Shown here: positions 1 to 9,365 of the stretch, piece by piece
Position numbering within the stretch: position 1 is the stretch's first letter
Layout: each line of letters opens with the position of its first letter
NCBI GenBank assembly: GCA_003649205.1
Contig: QMRC01000011.1
Coordinates: 1-59,968, forward strand
Reading direction: 5' to 3'
DNA length: 59,968 nucleotides
Source: Thermoprotei archaeon
Lineage (GTDB): Archaea; Thermoproteota; Thermoprotei; Thermoproteales; B15-G16
Notes under the pieces: model-generated
What the model was told of the DNA's origin: nothing
Databases searched by the model: none
The model's input: only the letters and a program-made list of their open reading frames with translations
Position numbers and translations under genes: made by a program

Positions 1-101
1 GGTGAGAGTATGGACTGTGGTTCTCTTCAGCTTCTTGGAGTGCAAGGAAGCTACTACGTGAAGTATGTTGAGCAACCATGCCATACACAACCATCCCGTA
101 G

Positions 102-395
102 GTGGTAGTTATGTCAATTCTACGAGATATCTACACTATTCTGCTTACATTGCTGAAGAGTGAACGAGGAAACTGCATTTCAATTACTTCAAAGAAAGTC
201 TCCCTATATGCTTGTAAGCTCCGTCTAAACACTTCGAGAAGTGTATGGATACACACTAGGATTCTTCTAGAGGATGCTGCAAAGCTCTATGGCATTAATG
301 TTAGGATAGAACGTCGTAGATACTGCATAATCTTCTACATTGAGAAGGGGGAGCTAAGAAAGCTCCTAAATAAGCTTGAGGAGGTGTTGGGATGA
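102..395 (+). CDS. small hypothetical protein (mobile-element-like)
   Basis: 97 aa ORF overlapping the next gene (ATGA-type coupling); no recognisable motif. Confidence 0.55.
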   Translation: MVVMSILRDIYTILLTLLKSERGNCISITSKKVSLYACKLRLNTSRSVWIHTRILLEDAAKLYGINVRIERRRYCIIFYIEKGELRKLLNKLEEVLG

Positions 396-1495
396 AGAAG
401 TGGTATGATGATTTAATTGCAAGTAGGAACCACACGGTAATATTTGGTACTACTGGATCTGGTAAGAGTACTACCCTACAGTTCTTGATTAATGTACTTG
501 AAGAGCACTATGCTAGGTATGGGCTAAAGCCTATTGTTCTTGATTGGTGTGGAGAACACTACAGTAAGTACGGTATTAAGTATCCTGTAATTAGTTACGC
601 TGCTGTGAGGGAGTACTTACCAAGTGTTCTTGCAGCATCGGTTATTGGTTCAAGTGGTATTGCTACTGCTGCAGCTGTTAGAGATCTAATTTACGAAGTA
701 GATACTTTCAGCAGGTTAATTGAGTGCTTGCAGTTACATGCTAGTAGAGATATTGGTGCTAAGGCTGCTATTGATAGGCTTAAAGCGCTTATGTATGCTG
801 ATGTGTTAACGGATGTGGAGTTAGAGCCGGAGTACTACATTGGTGTTATCGATCTTAGTGTGATAAAGGATGTTGAAGCTCGTAGACTTACGATGGCATT
901 ACTACTTGCGGTAATCTACAACTTCATTATTGATAAGAAGCTAAGTAATGTTGCGGTGTTCATTGATGAGGCATTTACCCTATACAGGTACAATCTACAG
1001 ATTGTTATTGAAGCACTTCAAGCAGTGAGGAAATATAATGTGAAGTTGTTCCTAGTTTTTCAGAATATACCAGTGGATTACGCTGATGAGTTACTATCAC
1101 ATAACGTAATTCTTCATAGAATTCCAGAGCCAGCATATGTTGAGCTTCGGTACAGACGAGCGTTACCAGGTAATGCCCCTAAGTTGAAACCTGGTGAAGC
1201 TTATGTCTACATAGATGAGAGAGCAAAGTGGGTACACGTGAAGATACCTCCTACTGAGTTAAGGAAGGGTTCTGTAGACATTAAATCTACTGTACCTACC
1301 ATTAGGGTTAAAGCTGTTCCTAGCATAGTACCAGTACCTCAACAAGCTGCTACACAGTCAACTCCTCAGCAACCTTCTGTTAAGTTCATGACTGCAGATG
1401 AGGTGTTGAAGATGTTGAGGAAGCAAATTAAGAGAGGTGAGGAAGAGCTTGAGCAACCTATTCCAGGTGAGGATATTGAAGTTGAGGTTGAGTAG
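392..1495 (+). CDS. HerA/FtsK/VirB4-superfamily P-loop ATPase
   Basis: Walker A GTTGSGKS, 'VLDWCGEH', Walker B VFIDEA, 'VRKYNV...FQN'; low-complexity P/Q C-terminal tail. Confidence 0.8.
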   Translation: MKKWYDDLIASRNHTVIFGTTGSGKSTTLQFLINVLEEHYARYGLKPIVLDWCGEHYSKYGIKYPVISYAAVREYLPSVLAASVIGSSGIATAAAVRDLIYEVDTFSRLIECLQLHASRDIGAKAAIDRLKALMYADVLTDVELEPEYYIGVIDLSVIKDVEARRLTMALLLAVIYNFIIDKKLSNVAVFIDEAFTLYRYNLQIVIEALQAVRKYNVKLFLVFQNIPVDYADELLSHNVILHRIPEPAYVELRYRRALPGNAPKLKPGEAYVYIDERAKWVHVKIPPTELRKGSVDIKSTVPTIRVKAVPSIVPVPQQAATQSTPQQPSVKFMTADEVLKMLRKQIKRGEEELEQPIPGEDIEVEVE

Positions 1496-2871
1496 TGGTG
1501 TCGCTGGAGTTATTTCCATATCCTTCCCCGAGACAGGGACAGATAGAGATCTACGATGCTGTTACCAATCTCATATCTACTAACTACTCAACCTCTCTAG
1601 AGGATAGAACGATAATTATCGAAGCAGCGACAGGTATTGGAAAGACCAGTGCAATTATCTCAGCTTTACTTAGGGCGAAAGAACAGAGATTAATTGGAAG
1701 AGTTTGGTGGTTTGTATGGAGTCATGAGCACTACAGTGTTATTCAGCGTGAGATCGGCAGGATAAATGTAAGGTATGGGAGGAATTTCAAGGTCTTACAC
1801 ATCAAGGGAATGAAGCACTTATGCCCTGTGTACAATCAGATTAATGCACCAGAACCACTACGATATCAGTGGTGTAGGTACCTCTGTAACCTACCTAATT
1901 GCCAGTACAAGCTACAGTTCAAGCTAATTGACTTTGCTGATGTTATTGTGTTGCCACAGAGTTACTTGATAACGGACCTCACTAACTACATTGATGAGAG
2001 AGATGTTGTTGTCGTAGATGAGTGCCATAAACTACTTGAGACGTTCATACATGTACCGAGAAAAGAGATTGAAGCAGAGCTCAATGACTTACCAGAGCAT
2101 ATACTACTACGCAAGGGGTATAGCTATACGCTGTACTTGAGGGATCTACTACCTCTACTAGATGGGAGATACTGCATATCTACGGAGGATGAGTACATCT
2201 ACCTAATACACTTCAGGAGAATTCTTGAGAGAATTCCCTGTAAGATAGTCTTAGTCACAGCAACCTTGCCGAGAGTAATGAGGAACATAGGTTACGTATG
2301 TGAAATCGATGACTATCCCGATGAATTGCATAAAGACATTGTGATACTGAGTTGCTGGAAGTTACCGTATAGAGTACGTCTTAGAGAAATTAGTGCTATT
2401 GCTAATTTCTTGAAGCAATTAGTTACTACCGTGAGAAGCTACGGTAAGGAAATTGTCGTATTTACACCAAGTACAGAGTACGCTACTAACTTAGCTAAAG
2501 AAGTTAGTACAACAATCATTAGTGAGTTCACTAGGTACAGTCATGCAATTGATATTGATGCAGATGTAATTTGCGTAGTATCGCTAGGATTTTCACCACC
2601 TTTCGAACCAGAGGTCAAGCTATTTGTTCGTGCGTATGGTCGTAGAACGTACTTTGAAGTTGCATTCCATAGAACGGTACAGGTTATAGGACGAATGAGG
2701 AAGAGAGGTCTTGTAATCCTAGTTGATAAGCGATATACTGAGAGACAGTACATCTACTGTCCACGATGGTTTCGTGAAGTCTATAGGAATGCTTACGTAA
2801 CTTCAAAACCTGAGAAAGTTCTCGACATTGTTAGAGAGAAGCTAGGTAATGAAGTTCTCATTGAGATATAA
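1495..2871 (+). CDS. XPD/DinG-like SF2 helicase (compact, mobile-element type)
   Basis: Q motif PRQGQ, Walker A AATGIGKT, four Cys (LCP..WCRYLCNLPNC) for Fe-S, DECH, 'VTATLP', motif VI QVIGRMR, 'LVDKRY'. Confidence 0.85.
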   Translation: MVSLELFPYPSPRQGQIEIYDAVTNLISTNYSTSLEDRTIIIEAATGIGKTSAIISALLRAKEQRLIGRVWWFVWSHEHYSVIQREIGRINVRYGRNFKVLHIKGMKHLCPVYNQINAPEPLRYQWCRYLCNLPNCQYKLQFKLIDFADVIVLPQSYLITDLTNYIDERDVVVVDECHKLLETFIHVPRKEIEAELNDLPEHILLRKGYSYTLYLRDLLPLLDGRYCISTEDEYIYLIHFRRILERIPCKIVLVTATLPRVMRNIGYVCEIDDYPDELHKDIVILSCWKLPYRVRLREISAIANFLKQLVTTVRSYGKEIVVFTPSTEYATNLAKEVSTTIISEFTRYSHAIDIDADVICVVSLGFSPPFEPEVKLFVRAYGRRTYFEVAFHRTVQVIGRMRKRGLVILVDKRYTERQYIYCPRWFREVYRNAYVTSKPEKVLDIVREKLGNEVLIEI

Positions 2872-3074
2872 ATCCAGCATCCTTGAAACAATACTCCACC
2901 ACGCTCACCCCCAACCCCTCCCCCTCTACTTCCTCCTCCTTCCCATCTGTTAACTATTGAGGTAGGTTCATGCTTTCACTGCTTGAGAAGCATCCTGTGT
3001 TCCAGCTACCACTCCTAGATCTTTGAGAACCTTACTTAGGTCTTCTCCATAGTATTTGTGTTTCTGGTAATTGA

Positions 3075-3128
3075 GGTGTACTGTGTGGTGTACCAATTGG
3101 TGTACTATATGGTGTGTCATGTGGTGTA
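3075..3128. repeat. five GGTGT(A/G) motifs at an exact 12-bp period
   Basis: motif starts at 3075, 3087, 3099, 3111, 3123. Confidence 0.7.
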
Positions 3129-3304
3129 GAATTTCCTTCTTCACTTGTTTTGCTTTCTGCACTGTACTCTACACCATATTCTTTACAAATATAAAGAATT
3201 CATTTGCTATATATCCATAATTCATGTGAATAGCATTACTGAAGGTGTTTACTTGTGGAAAATCTTTTATATTCCTGTTGCTAATGTGTTGTTGGGGTTT
3301 GTGT

Positions 3305-3646
3305 ATGAGGGTTGTTCTCGATAGGAGGGATGTTTTGTATGCAATCTTTGTGCTTGCTAGAGAGACGAGAGGACGTGAAGTTACATTAACGACAAAGAGG
3401 GTACGTTCTGTACTCTCTAGATTCTACCCCCACATCATGAGGTATATCTCTTCTCAACAGATTGGATTTATCTTGTCTTACTTGGCTCATTTCGGTGTCT
3501 TGAGGATCATTAGGTGGAGGAATAATAAGCCAATATACGAGGTCAATCCTAAGATCATTGCTATTGCTAGGGCAAGTTCTACCTTTGAGGAGTTTCTTGA
3601 TGCTATCAATGACTTTATTGCGAGGAGGTGTATTGCTAATGAGTAG
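3305..3646 (+). CDS. winged-helix-like small DNA-binding protein
   Basis: helix-turn-helix then beta-wing pattern (SSQQIGFILSYLAHFGVLRIIRWRNNKPIYEV); ATG at 3305 chosen as start. Confidence 0.6.
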   Translation: MRVVLDRRDVLYAIFVLARETRGREVTLTTKRVRSVLSRFYPHIMRYISSQQIGFILSYLAHFGVLRIIRWRNNKPIYEVNPKIIAIARASSTFEEFLDAINDFIARRCIANE

Positions 3647-3776
3647 ATTTGAGTGTATTTTGCTGTATCTTGATCACAATGGTGAGTACAAGGTGCTCCA
3701 CTATAGCTACATTGAGCATACTCGTAGAGCCATCTTGAAGATTGTTGATTTATGTTTGTGAGCTTAGGTAAGTATT

Positions 3777-4001
3777 GTGGTTAATTGGTGTACATGTGAT
3801 GTTAAGGTTATGGTGAGGGATGGAGTAACAGGTTATCTAGTCATAGCTGAGGATGATGGTTGTCTCAATTTACTTCTCGATGAATTGAGTAGAGTACTGA
3901 CAAACTCACTAATTGTTAACATAGCTAAGCTAGAGACTACCTATAAATTGAGTAAGGACCTACAACTACTAACTAAATCAAGCACCACAACAATCCCCTA
4001 A
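3777..4001 (+). CDS. small hypothetical protein
   Basis: 74 aa ORF in the element gene string. Confidence 0.4.
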   Translation: MVNWCTCDVKVMVRDGVTGYLVIAEDDGCLNLLLDELSRVLTNSLIVNIAKLETTYKLSKDLQLLTKSSTTTIP

Positions 4002-4258
4002 ACCCCTATCCTCACTTCTTTTGAAATCGATAGGGAAGTGAATCAACTAGGTACCTAAAGTTGGTACCACACAAGCAACCACTAGATACCTAACCTAGGT
4101 ACCTTACTTCTTCGTGAAGTAGCTCATTCTAGTACCTCACACCCAACATGAGATATCTCAATAAAATACATCAAGATGCGTTATGTTATTTGTTGAAATA
4201 TTATCAATCAAGAGAACATGATACTTTTTGAATTAGTTGCTGAGATAGGTCAAGTGAG

Positions 4259-4459
4259 TTGATTAGGATGTTTCAGGAGAGTTATGTTGCGAGAGTACTT
4301 CACAATAGCTATCTGTGGGATTTAGTTATTGAGGAGATGGTCGTAGCTAGTAGGGAGGGTAGGTTGGAGGAATTTATTGAGCAGAGGTTAAGGGACTCGA
4401 AGTTATTACTCAAGGTGTTTGACTACGCTAAGAGGAGAGCTACCTTCTTGAGGAGGTAA
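4259..4459 (+). CDS. small hypothetical protein
   Basis: 66 aa ORF with natural amphipathic composition. Confidence 0.45.
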   Translation: MIRMFQESYVARVLHNSYLWDLVIEEMVVASREGRLEEFIEQRLRDSKLLLKVFDYAKRRATFLRR

Positions 4460-4460
4460 T

Positions 4461-5594
4461 CTACTTTAGCTTTCTTCCACATCTCCTACACCTCTTCTCC
4501 TGAGGTAGATTGAGGGCACCACATCTACTACACTTAACAGCTCCAAGAGCTAGTGCCTTCTCCTCTAGTCTCCTGAGTTCTCTAGTCATGCTACTTATCT
4601 CCCTGCTGTAGTACTCAACTAGCTTGCTGTACATTTCATGACTTAGCTCGCCTCCCATGTACTTCTCACGAGCTTTCTTGAGGTAGCTCTCGTACTCACG
4701 TACCTTGTTCTCAAGATTTGCAATTTCCTGAATGAGATTGCTCAGTTCACCTAGTTGTCCTAGCGGCACGGGTTTTGCTGTAGGTACTACGATCCCTGTT
4801 GGAGGTGAGGTCACAGCCTTTACCCTTTTACGTGTTTTACTCCTCACTGCTAGAGCTAGTGCTACTGTAGCGCCCGTAAGCACAACAATCAGCATTGCTA
4901 TGGTTAGAGGTAAGGGAAGTATTGTAAACTTCTTGATTCCTGGTGGTAGAACTGGTTTCTGCTCTACAGTCTCAAGTTCTCTAGGTACTATCTCCCGTAG
5001 ACTTACAGGTGGTGTACCTATTTCCTTCCTTAGTATCAGTGGGAAGAAACGGTCTCCCCGCTCACTTGGTGTAATATCTTCAGGATCTATATTCCTGACC
5101 GGTAACTCTATAGTCCATATGAAGTTGACTCTATTTCCTCTCGTACTTAGAGCACAGGTACCTGCTTCGTAAGGTTGTCTATCCAGTCTGATTACGCTTT
5201 TCTCAATGTAACAGTCGTAGAGGAATACCCTCACCTTAACCCCTTGAGCTTCTCTTCTAAGGGCGACGAATTTCAGTATCTTAACATCATCTCCACTATC
5301 TGGCATTCTATCCCGATTACTGTCGAATATCACAATTATGTTAACTTCGTCAACTCCCTTAGGTAACTCTACGTATCCTCTAATGATGAATTTCTTGAGG
5401 TACACCTTATTCCTCATTGCGAAGTAGGAATGGAACTCAATTCTGTAGCCAGGACCTGAGAGAATAGCTTGCTTGTACGGTACTACGGAGTAACATGATT
5501 CAGCTACTAGTATTGTAATTAAGATAAAAGCGAGCAGTACTGTGTAGATAACTGACTTCTCGACCCTAAGAGTCACAGTATGAACCTCAATCAC
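4461..5594 (-). CDS. membrane protein with extracellular domain, coiled coil and C-terminal zinc ribbon
   Basis: N-terminal hydrophobic segment, second TM (LPLTIAMLIVVLTGATVALALAV), coiled coil, CxxC-x10-CxxC. Confidence 0.75.
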   Translation of the reverse strand: MIEVHTVTLRVEKSVIYTVLLAFILITILVAESCYSVVPYKQAILSGPGYRIEFHSYFAMRNKVYLKKFIIRGYVELPKGVDEVNIIVIFDSNRDRMPDSGDDVKILKFVALRREAQGVKVRVFLYDCYIEKSVIRLDRQPYEAGTCALSTRGNRVNFIWTIELPVRNIDPEDITPSERGDRFFPLILRKEIGTPPVSLREIVPRELETVEQKPVLPPGIKKFTILPLPLTIAMLIVVLTGATVALALAVRSKTRKRVKAVTSPPTGIVVPTAKPVPLGQLGELSNLIQEIANLENKVREYESYLKKAREKYMGGELSHEMYSKLVEYYSREISSMTRELRRLEEKALALGAVKCSRCGALNLPQEKRCRRCGRKLK

Positions 5595-5615
5595 GAGTTC
5601 TACAACACAAGGTCT

Positions 5616-6386
5616 TTATCGGTTAGTACATTTAGATCTCACCCTAGGGCTAATGTACATGACCTCTACCCTCTCTAATGGGCTCACTATTACAGTAGCA
5701 ATCGTCCTAGCTTTCAATGACTTCAGTGTCTTCGTAGTCTCTGTACTTACTTGCTTCAGGTAGGTCGAGAGAGAGGTAAGCACTAACCTCCTTGCTACTC
5801 TCAAGGCCTCAAGTACGAACTTAATGTACATACTTCCCGAGTAGAGATCACCATGTCTTAGTTTCCTCGATATTGGTAGGTATGGTGGGTTCATGACAAC
5901 TACATCAATGGACTTCGCTCTCAGTACTGATGCCACATCGCATAGAACTACATCACCAAGTACACTGTACCTATGTAAATTCCTCTTAGCTACTCTACAG
6001 GCTACCCTACTGATGTCGGTAGCTACCACGTACTGACAGTACCTACTCAGTACTAGAGCTAGAGCACCAGTACCGGTACCTACATCGAGACCTAGCTTAA
6101 CTCCCTTGACTCTACCAAGTACGTACTCAATTACCTTAGCGAGAAGTGAAGTACTTACAGTACCTACAGGTGAGAACACCCCATACTCTATTTCGAGTAT
6201 GTAATCTCTCCACTTAATACTCCTCCGTACTTTCCAGAGTACTCTATGGTAAATCTCGAGTAGTACATAAGTGAGGAGACTTAGAACCTTAATTAGTGAG
6301 CTACTCATCGTTAGATGTCCTTGTCGGCAGCCCTCATCACTTTTCAGTACCCGATTTCTAAGTACTCTCATGAGATACGAGATCAC
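5616..6386 (-). CDS. HemK/PrmC-like SAM-dependent methyltransferase
   Basis: LDVGTGTG motif I, ATDIS, NPPY motif IV; true start probably near 6308. Confidence 0.8.
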   Translation of the reverse strand: MISYLMRVLRNRVLKSDEGCRQGHLTMSSSLIKVLSLLTYVLLEIYHRVLWKVRRSIKWRDYILEIEYGVFSPVGTVSTSLLAKVIEYVLGRVKGVKLGLDVGTGTGALALVLSRYCQYVVATDISRVACRVAKRNLHRYSVLGDVVLCDVASVLRAKSIDVVVMNPPYLPISRKLRHGDLYSGSMYIKFVLEALRVARRLVLTSLSTYLKQVSTETTKTLKSLKARTIATVIVSPLERVEVMYISPRVRSKCTNR

Positions 6387-6446
6387 TAACCTACTTCCTC
6401 AGCTATTATCTAGCGTGCTTTCAGTAAAAAGTATTCTCAGGGTAAG

Positions 6447-7364
6447 CTACTTTGGTAAGGTCTTCACACTCAGATCCTCCAATACCTTCCTTATTTTCTC
6501 CTCGACTTCAGGTGGTTCTGGTGTTAGTGGTGGTCTCACGTATGGTTTTACTGGTGTACCGAGTACCTTGAGTGCTGTCTTCACTGCTGTTGGGTATGTC
6601 GATGCTATGTCGTAGATCTGCACCAGCTTGAGGAGTTTTACAAACATCGTATAAGCTCTCTCCAAATTACCTTCAGCCCAAGCTCTATAGAGTGCTACAT
6701 GAATCTGTGGTACTACATTAGCTAAAGCTACTATACCTCCATCACCTCCCATCATTAACGTGTAAAGCAGATGATCGTCGAGACCTGTGAGTACCGAGAA
6801 GTCCTTCCTAACTGACTTGGCTTCCTGTATGAGCTTCCTCATGTAAGTCACACTATCGTACGTTACCTTAGCACCAACAACGTTACTGTACTCCTTCGCT
6901 AACTCAACGTAGAGGCTAATCGGTACGTTAATACCTGTTGTAGCTGGTATGTTGTAGATCATGAGTGGTAGATCGACCTTCTCAGCAATCTTACTGAAGT
7001 GTAGCCTCAACTTCTCGTAACTTACCTTAAAGAAGTACGGTGGTGTAGCTATAACACCATCAACACCTAGGTCCCTCATTTTCCTACCAAGTTCAATACA
7101 GTGATCAGTACAGTTAGCACTGATACCTGGTATTACCTTAACCTTACCTCTAACCTCCTCCAAAACAACTTTCACTAGCTCAATACATTCCTCAGGCTTC
7201 AGGTGTACGAACTCACCAGTTGTAGAACATGGGAATACACCGTGAACACCGTGCTCAGCTAAGTACCTAACGAGCCACCTAACCGCATCGAAGTCTATGC
7301 TTAAATCCTCATTAAATGGAGTTATCAACGGTACTATCACACCGTAGAACATAGGTTTAGACAT
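6447..7364 (-). CDS. dihydrodipicolinate synthase / KDG-aldolase family protein
   Basis: ITPF, STTGE, PPYFF, IYNIP, Schiff-base Lys in VVGAKVT, DGGI. Confidence 0.9.
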   Translation of the reverse strand: MSKPMFYGVIVPLITPFNEDLSIDFDAVRWLVRYLAEHGVHGVFPCSTTGEFVHLKPEECIELVKVVLEEVRGKVKVIPGISANCTDHCIELGRKMRDLGVDGVIATPPYFFKVSYEKLRLHFSKIAEKVDLPLMIYNIPATTGINVPISLYVELAKEYSNVVGAKVTYDSVTYMRKLIQEAKSVRKDFSVLTGLDDHLLYTLMMGGDGGIVALANVVPQIHVALYRAWAEGNLERAYTMFVKLLKLVQIYDIASTYPTAVKTALKVLGTPVKPYVRPPLTPEPPEVEEKIRKVLEDLSVKTLPK

Positions 7365-7405
7365 CCGCCATCCCTCAATCCATGGGGTAGAGAATGTCGA
7401 ATTTG

Positions 7406-8998
7406 TTAATTTAGGTGCCCTCGCTTAACCTCAATACCCTTAACCTCTCGTTCATACACAATCTCACCACCAGTAATAGTCATCAATACCTCAGTACTCT
7501 TCAACTCACGAAGATCACTCAACCTAGATACGTCACGACTTAGAACAATCATGTCAGCGAAGTACCCTACATCAATATTCCCTACAGGTACCCTGTAGAC
7601 AGATTCGCCACTAATCGTGTAGAGCTTCAGTGCAGTAACTACGTCAAGAACCTCATCACTTGAAACCTCAAACAACCTCAAACCTTCATACCTTCCACGA
7701 GAAACAGCAGCGTAGATACCTAGTAGTGGGTTCTGCAACTCTACAGGGGCATCAGATGAAGCAACTAGAGGTGCACCTGTACTGAGTAAACTCCGTAGCG
7801 CATACACCCAACGAGATCTAGCAGTACCTAACCTATCAACTATCCAGAAGTCACTCAATATGAACTGTGGCTGAACACAGAGCACCGGTCTAAGTTCAGC
7901 AATTGCATTGAGTAAGTCAGGTGGGGTAAGAGAAACATGCTCAATTCTGTGCCTAAGCTCAGTTCTAGAGGCTACGACACCTACCCTACGATAGGTATCG
8001 ATGACACACCCAATAGCCTTATCACCAATAGCGTGAGTAGCTATCTGCCAACCACAGGAACTAAACCTCTTAACCAACTCCTCAAACTCGCTCAAGTCCA
8101 TGTACATCGTACCGTAGTCACTAGGTGAGTCACTGTACGGCTCTCTCAAGAGAGCTGTCCTAGCACCAAATGAACCATCTAGAAGAAACTTAACACCGTA
8201 AACCCTAACTCGATCAGTACCCCAGAGAGGAGGTAATTCAAGTTCAGTGAGCTTAGCAGCGGCATCAGGTTCTAAGTACACGAACACCCTAGTCGGCAAC
8301 TTACTCACCACATCACTTAGGAATAGAGCAGAGAGCGTAGGTAAGTCAACAGACATGTAGGCACACGCAGTAACACCGTACCTCAGGAACTCACGTACAG
8401 CAGAGCTAAGTTCCTCAGCAATCTGATCCACACCTAGCTGCGAAGCTATGAACTTACGTACATAGTCAACAGCACATTCACGAACAGTGCCAGTACCCAC
8501 ATCAACGTAGCTAGGAAACTTCTCGTGAACTCTAGTAAGCTCAAGACCTCTCCTATTCAAAACAGCAACATGACCACAGACCCTAATCAAACAAACAGGG
8601 ACATCAGGAAACACCTCATCAAGAACATCCCTAGTAATGAACTCACCAAGAACCTCCTGATCCCATCCAAAACCGACAACCCAACCACCATACCTACCAC
8701 ACCTAGACAACCTAGACAAAACCTCAGAAACAGACCTACAACCCCTAAGACAACACCACCTACCAACCCTAGCAACCTCAGCTAAGTGACAATGAGAATC
8801 AACAAAACCAGGAACAATGAGGTACCTATCATCAACACGAACAACAACAGTACCACTACCAATTAAATCACGAAAATCGCTAGGTGAAGGAGATAGAACT
8901 ACGATTTTACCAAATTTACAACCAATACAACCCTCCTCAACAACAACCTCACCACCAACAAACCTAAGAAACCTACCAACAACAACAAGATCCAACAT
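7406..8998 (-). CDS. amidohydrolase-3 (YtcJ-like) metal-dependent hydrolase
   Basis: PGFVDSHCH, KFLLDGSFGARTA, HAIGD, RIEH, SSDAP, ADMIVL. Confidence 0.9.
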   Translation of the reverse strand: MLDLVVVGRFLRFVGGEVVVEEGCIGCKFGKIVVLSPSPSDFRDLIGSGTVVVRVDDRYLIVPGFVDSHCHLAEVARVGRWCCLRGCRSVSEVLSRLSRCGRYGGWVVGFGWDQEVLGEFITRDVLDEVFPDVPVCLIRVCGHVAVLNRRGLELTRVHEKFPSYVDVGTGTVRECAVDYVRKFIASQLGVDQIAEELSSAVREFLRYGVTACAYMSVDLPTLSALFLSDVVSKLPTRVFVYLEPDAAAKLTELELPPLWGTDRVRVYGVKFLLDGSFGARTALLREPYSDSPSDYGTMYMDLSEFEELVKRFSSCGWQIATHAIGDKAIGCVIDTYRRVGVVASRTELRHRIEHVSLTPPDLLNAIAELRPVLCVQPQFILSDFWIVDRLGTARSRWVYALRSLLSTGAPLVASSDAPVELQNPLLGIYAAVSRGRYEGLRLFEVSSDEVLDVVTALKLYTISGESVYRVPVGNIDVGYFADMIVLSRDVSRLSDLRELKSTEVLMTITGGEIVYEREVKGIEVKRGHLN

Positions 8999-9365
8999 CA
9001 CAAAAATTAAAGCAAAACACCATAATATCAATCAACACAAAGAAACCTCATCGAAAAGCAAGGAAGCAAATGCTAAACAAAGAACCTCATTAACAAACAC
9101 TCAGAAACTACATGAAAAACACATCACTTAGACGCGATGTTGAACTATAGCTAGCATTAGCTTACAACCCTAAACCATCACATTTGGTAAATATCTTTAA
9201 ATATTTTACAAACAGTAAGCAGTATATTTATAGACAGCACATTCTACCACACGAGGTAATTAATGATGCAGTAGGCAAAATGTAACAAATCAAGTAAAGT
9301 ATAAAACAGAGAACATGATAGTTATAAGCACGACAATAGCGAAATACGTGTTAGGTGGATACTTT

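Larger units (their letters stand above)
1..4459. mobile_element. probable right-hand part of an integrated archaeal element (provirus/plasmid-like)
   Basis: tightly packed co-directional small ORFans around an ATPase + helicase pair; no att site or integrase identified in the window. Confidence 0.45.

Noticed and set aside
4040-4140. GGTACC/CTAG-rich short repeats as a possible att site
   Set aside because: These words are abundant across the window and no tRNA or partner repeat is visible
1-4459. Possible targeting of the left-hand element by array spacers
   Set aside because: Only short matches (about 11 nt, e.g. GCAGTGAGGAA) seen by eye; needs BLAST
8525-9131. Thr/Pro/Asn-rich + strand ORFs (also 20992-23526, 26373-26675, 39082-39426)
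   Set aside because: Shadow ORFs produced by the A/C skew opposite real genes
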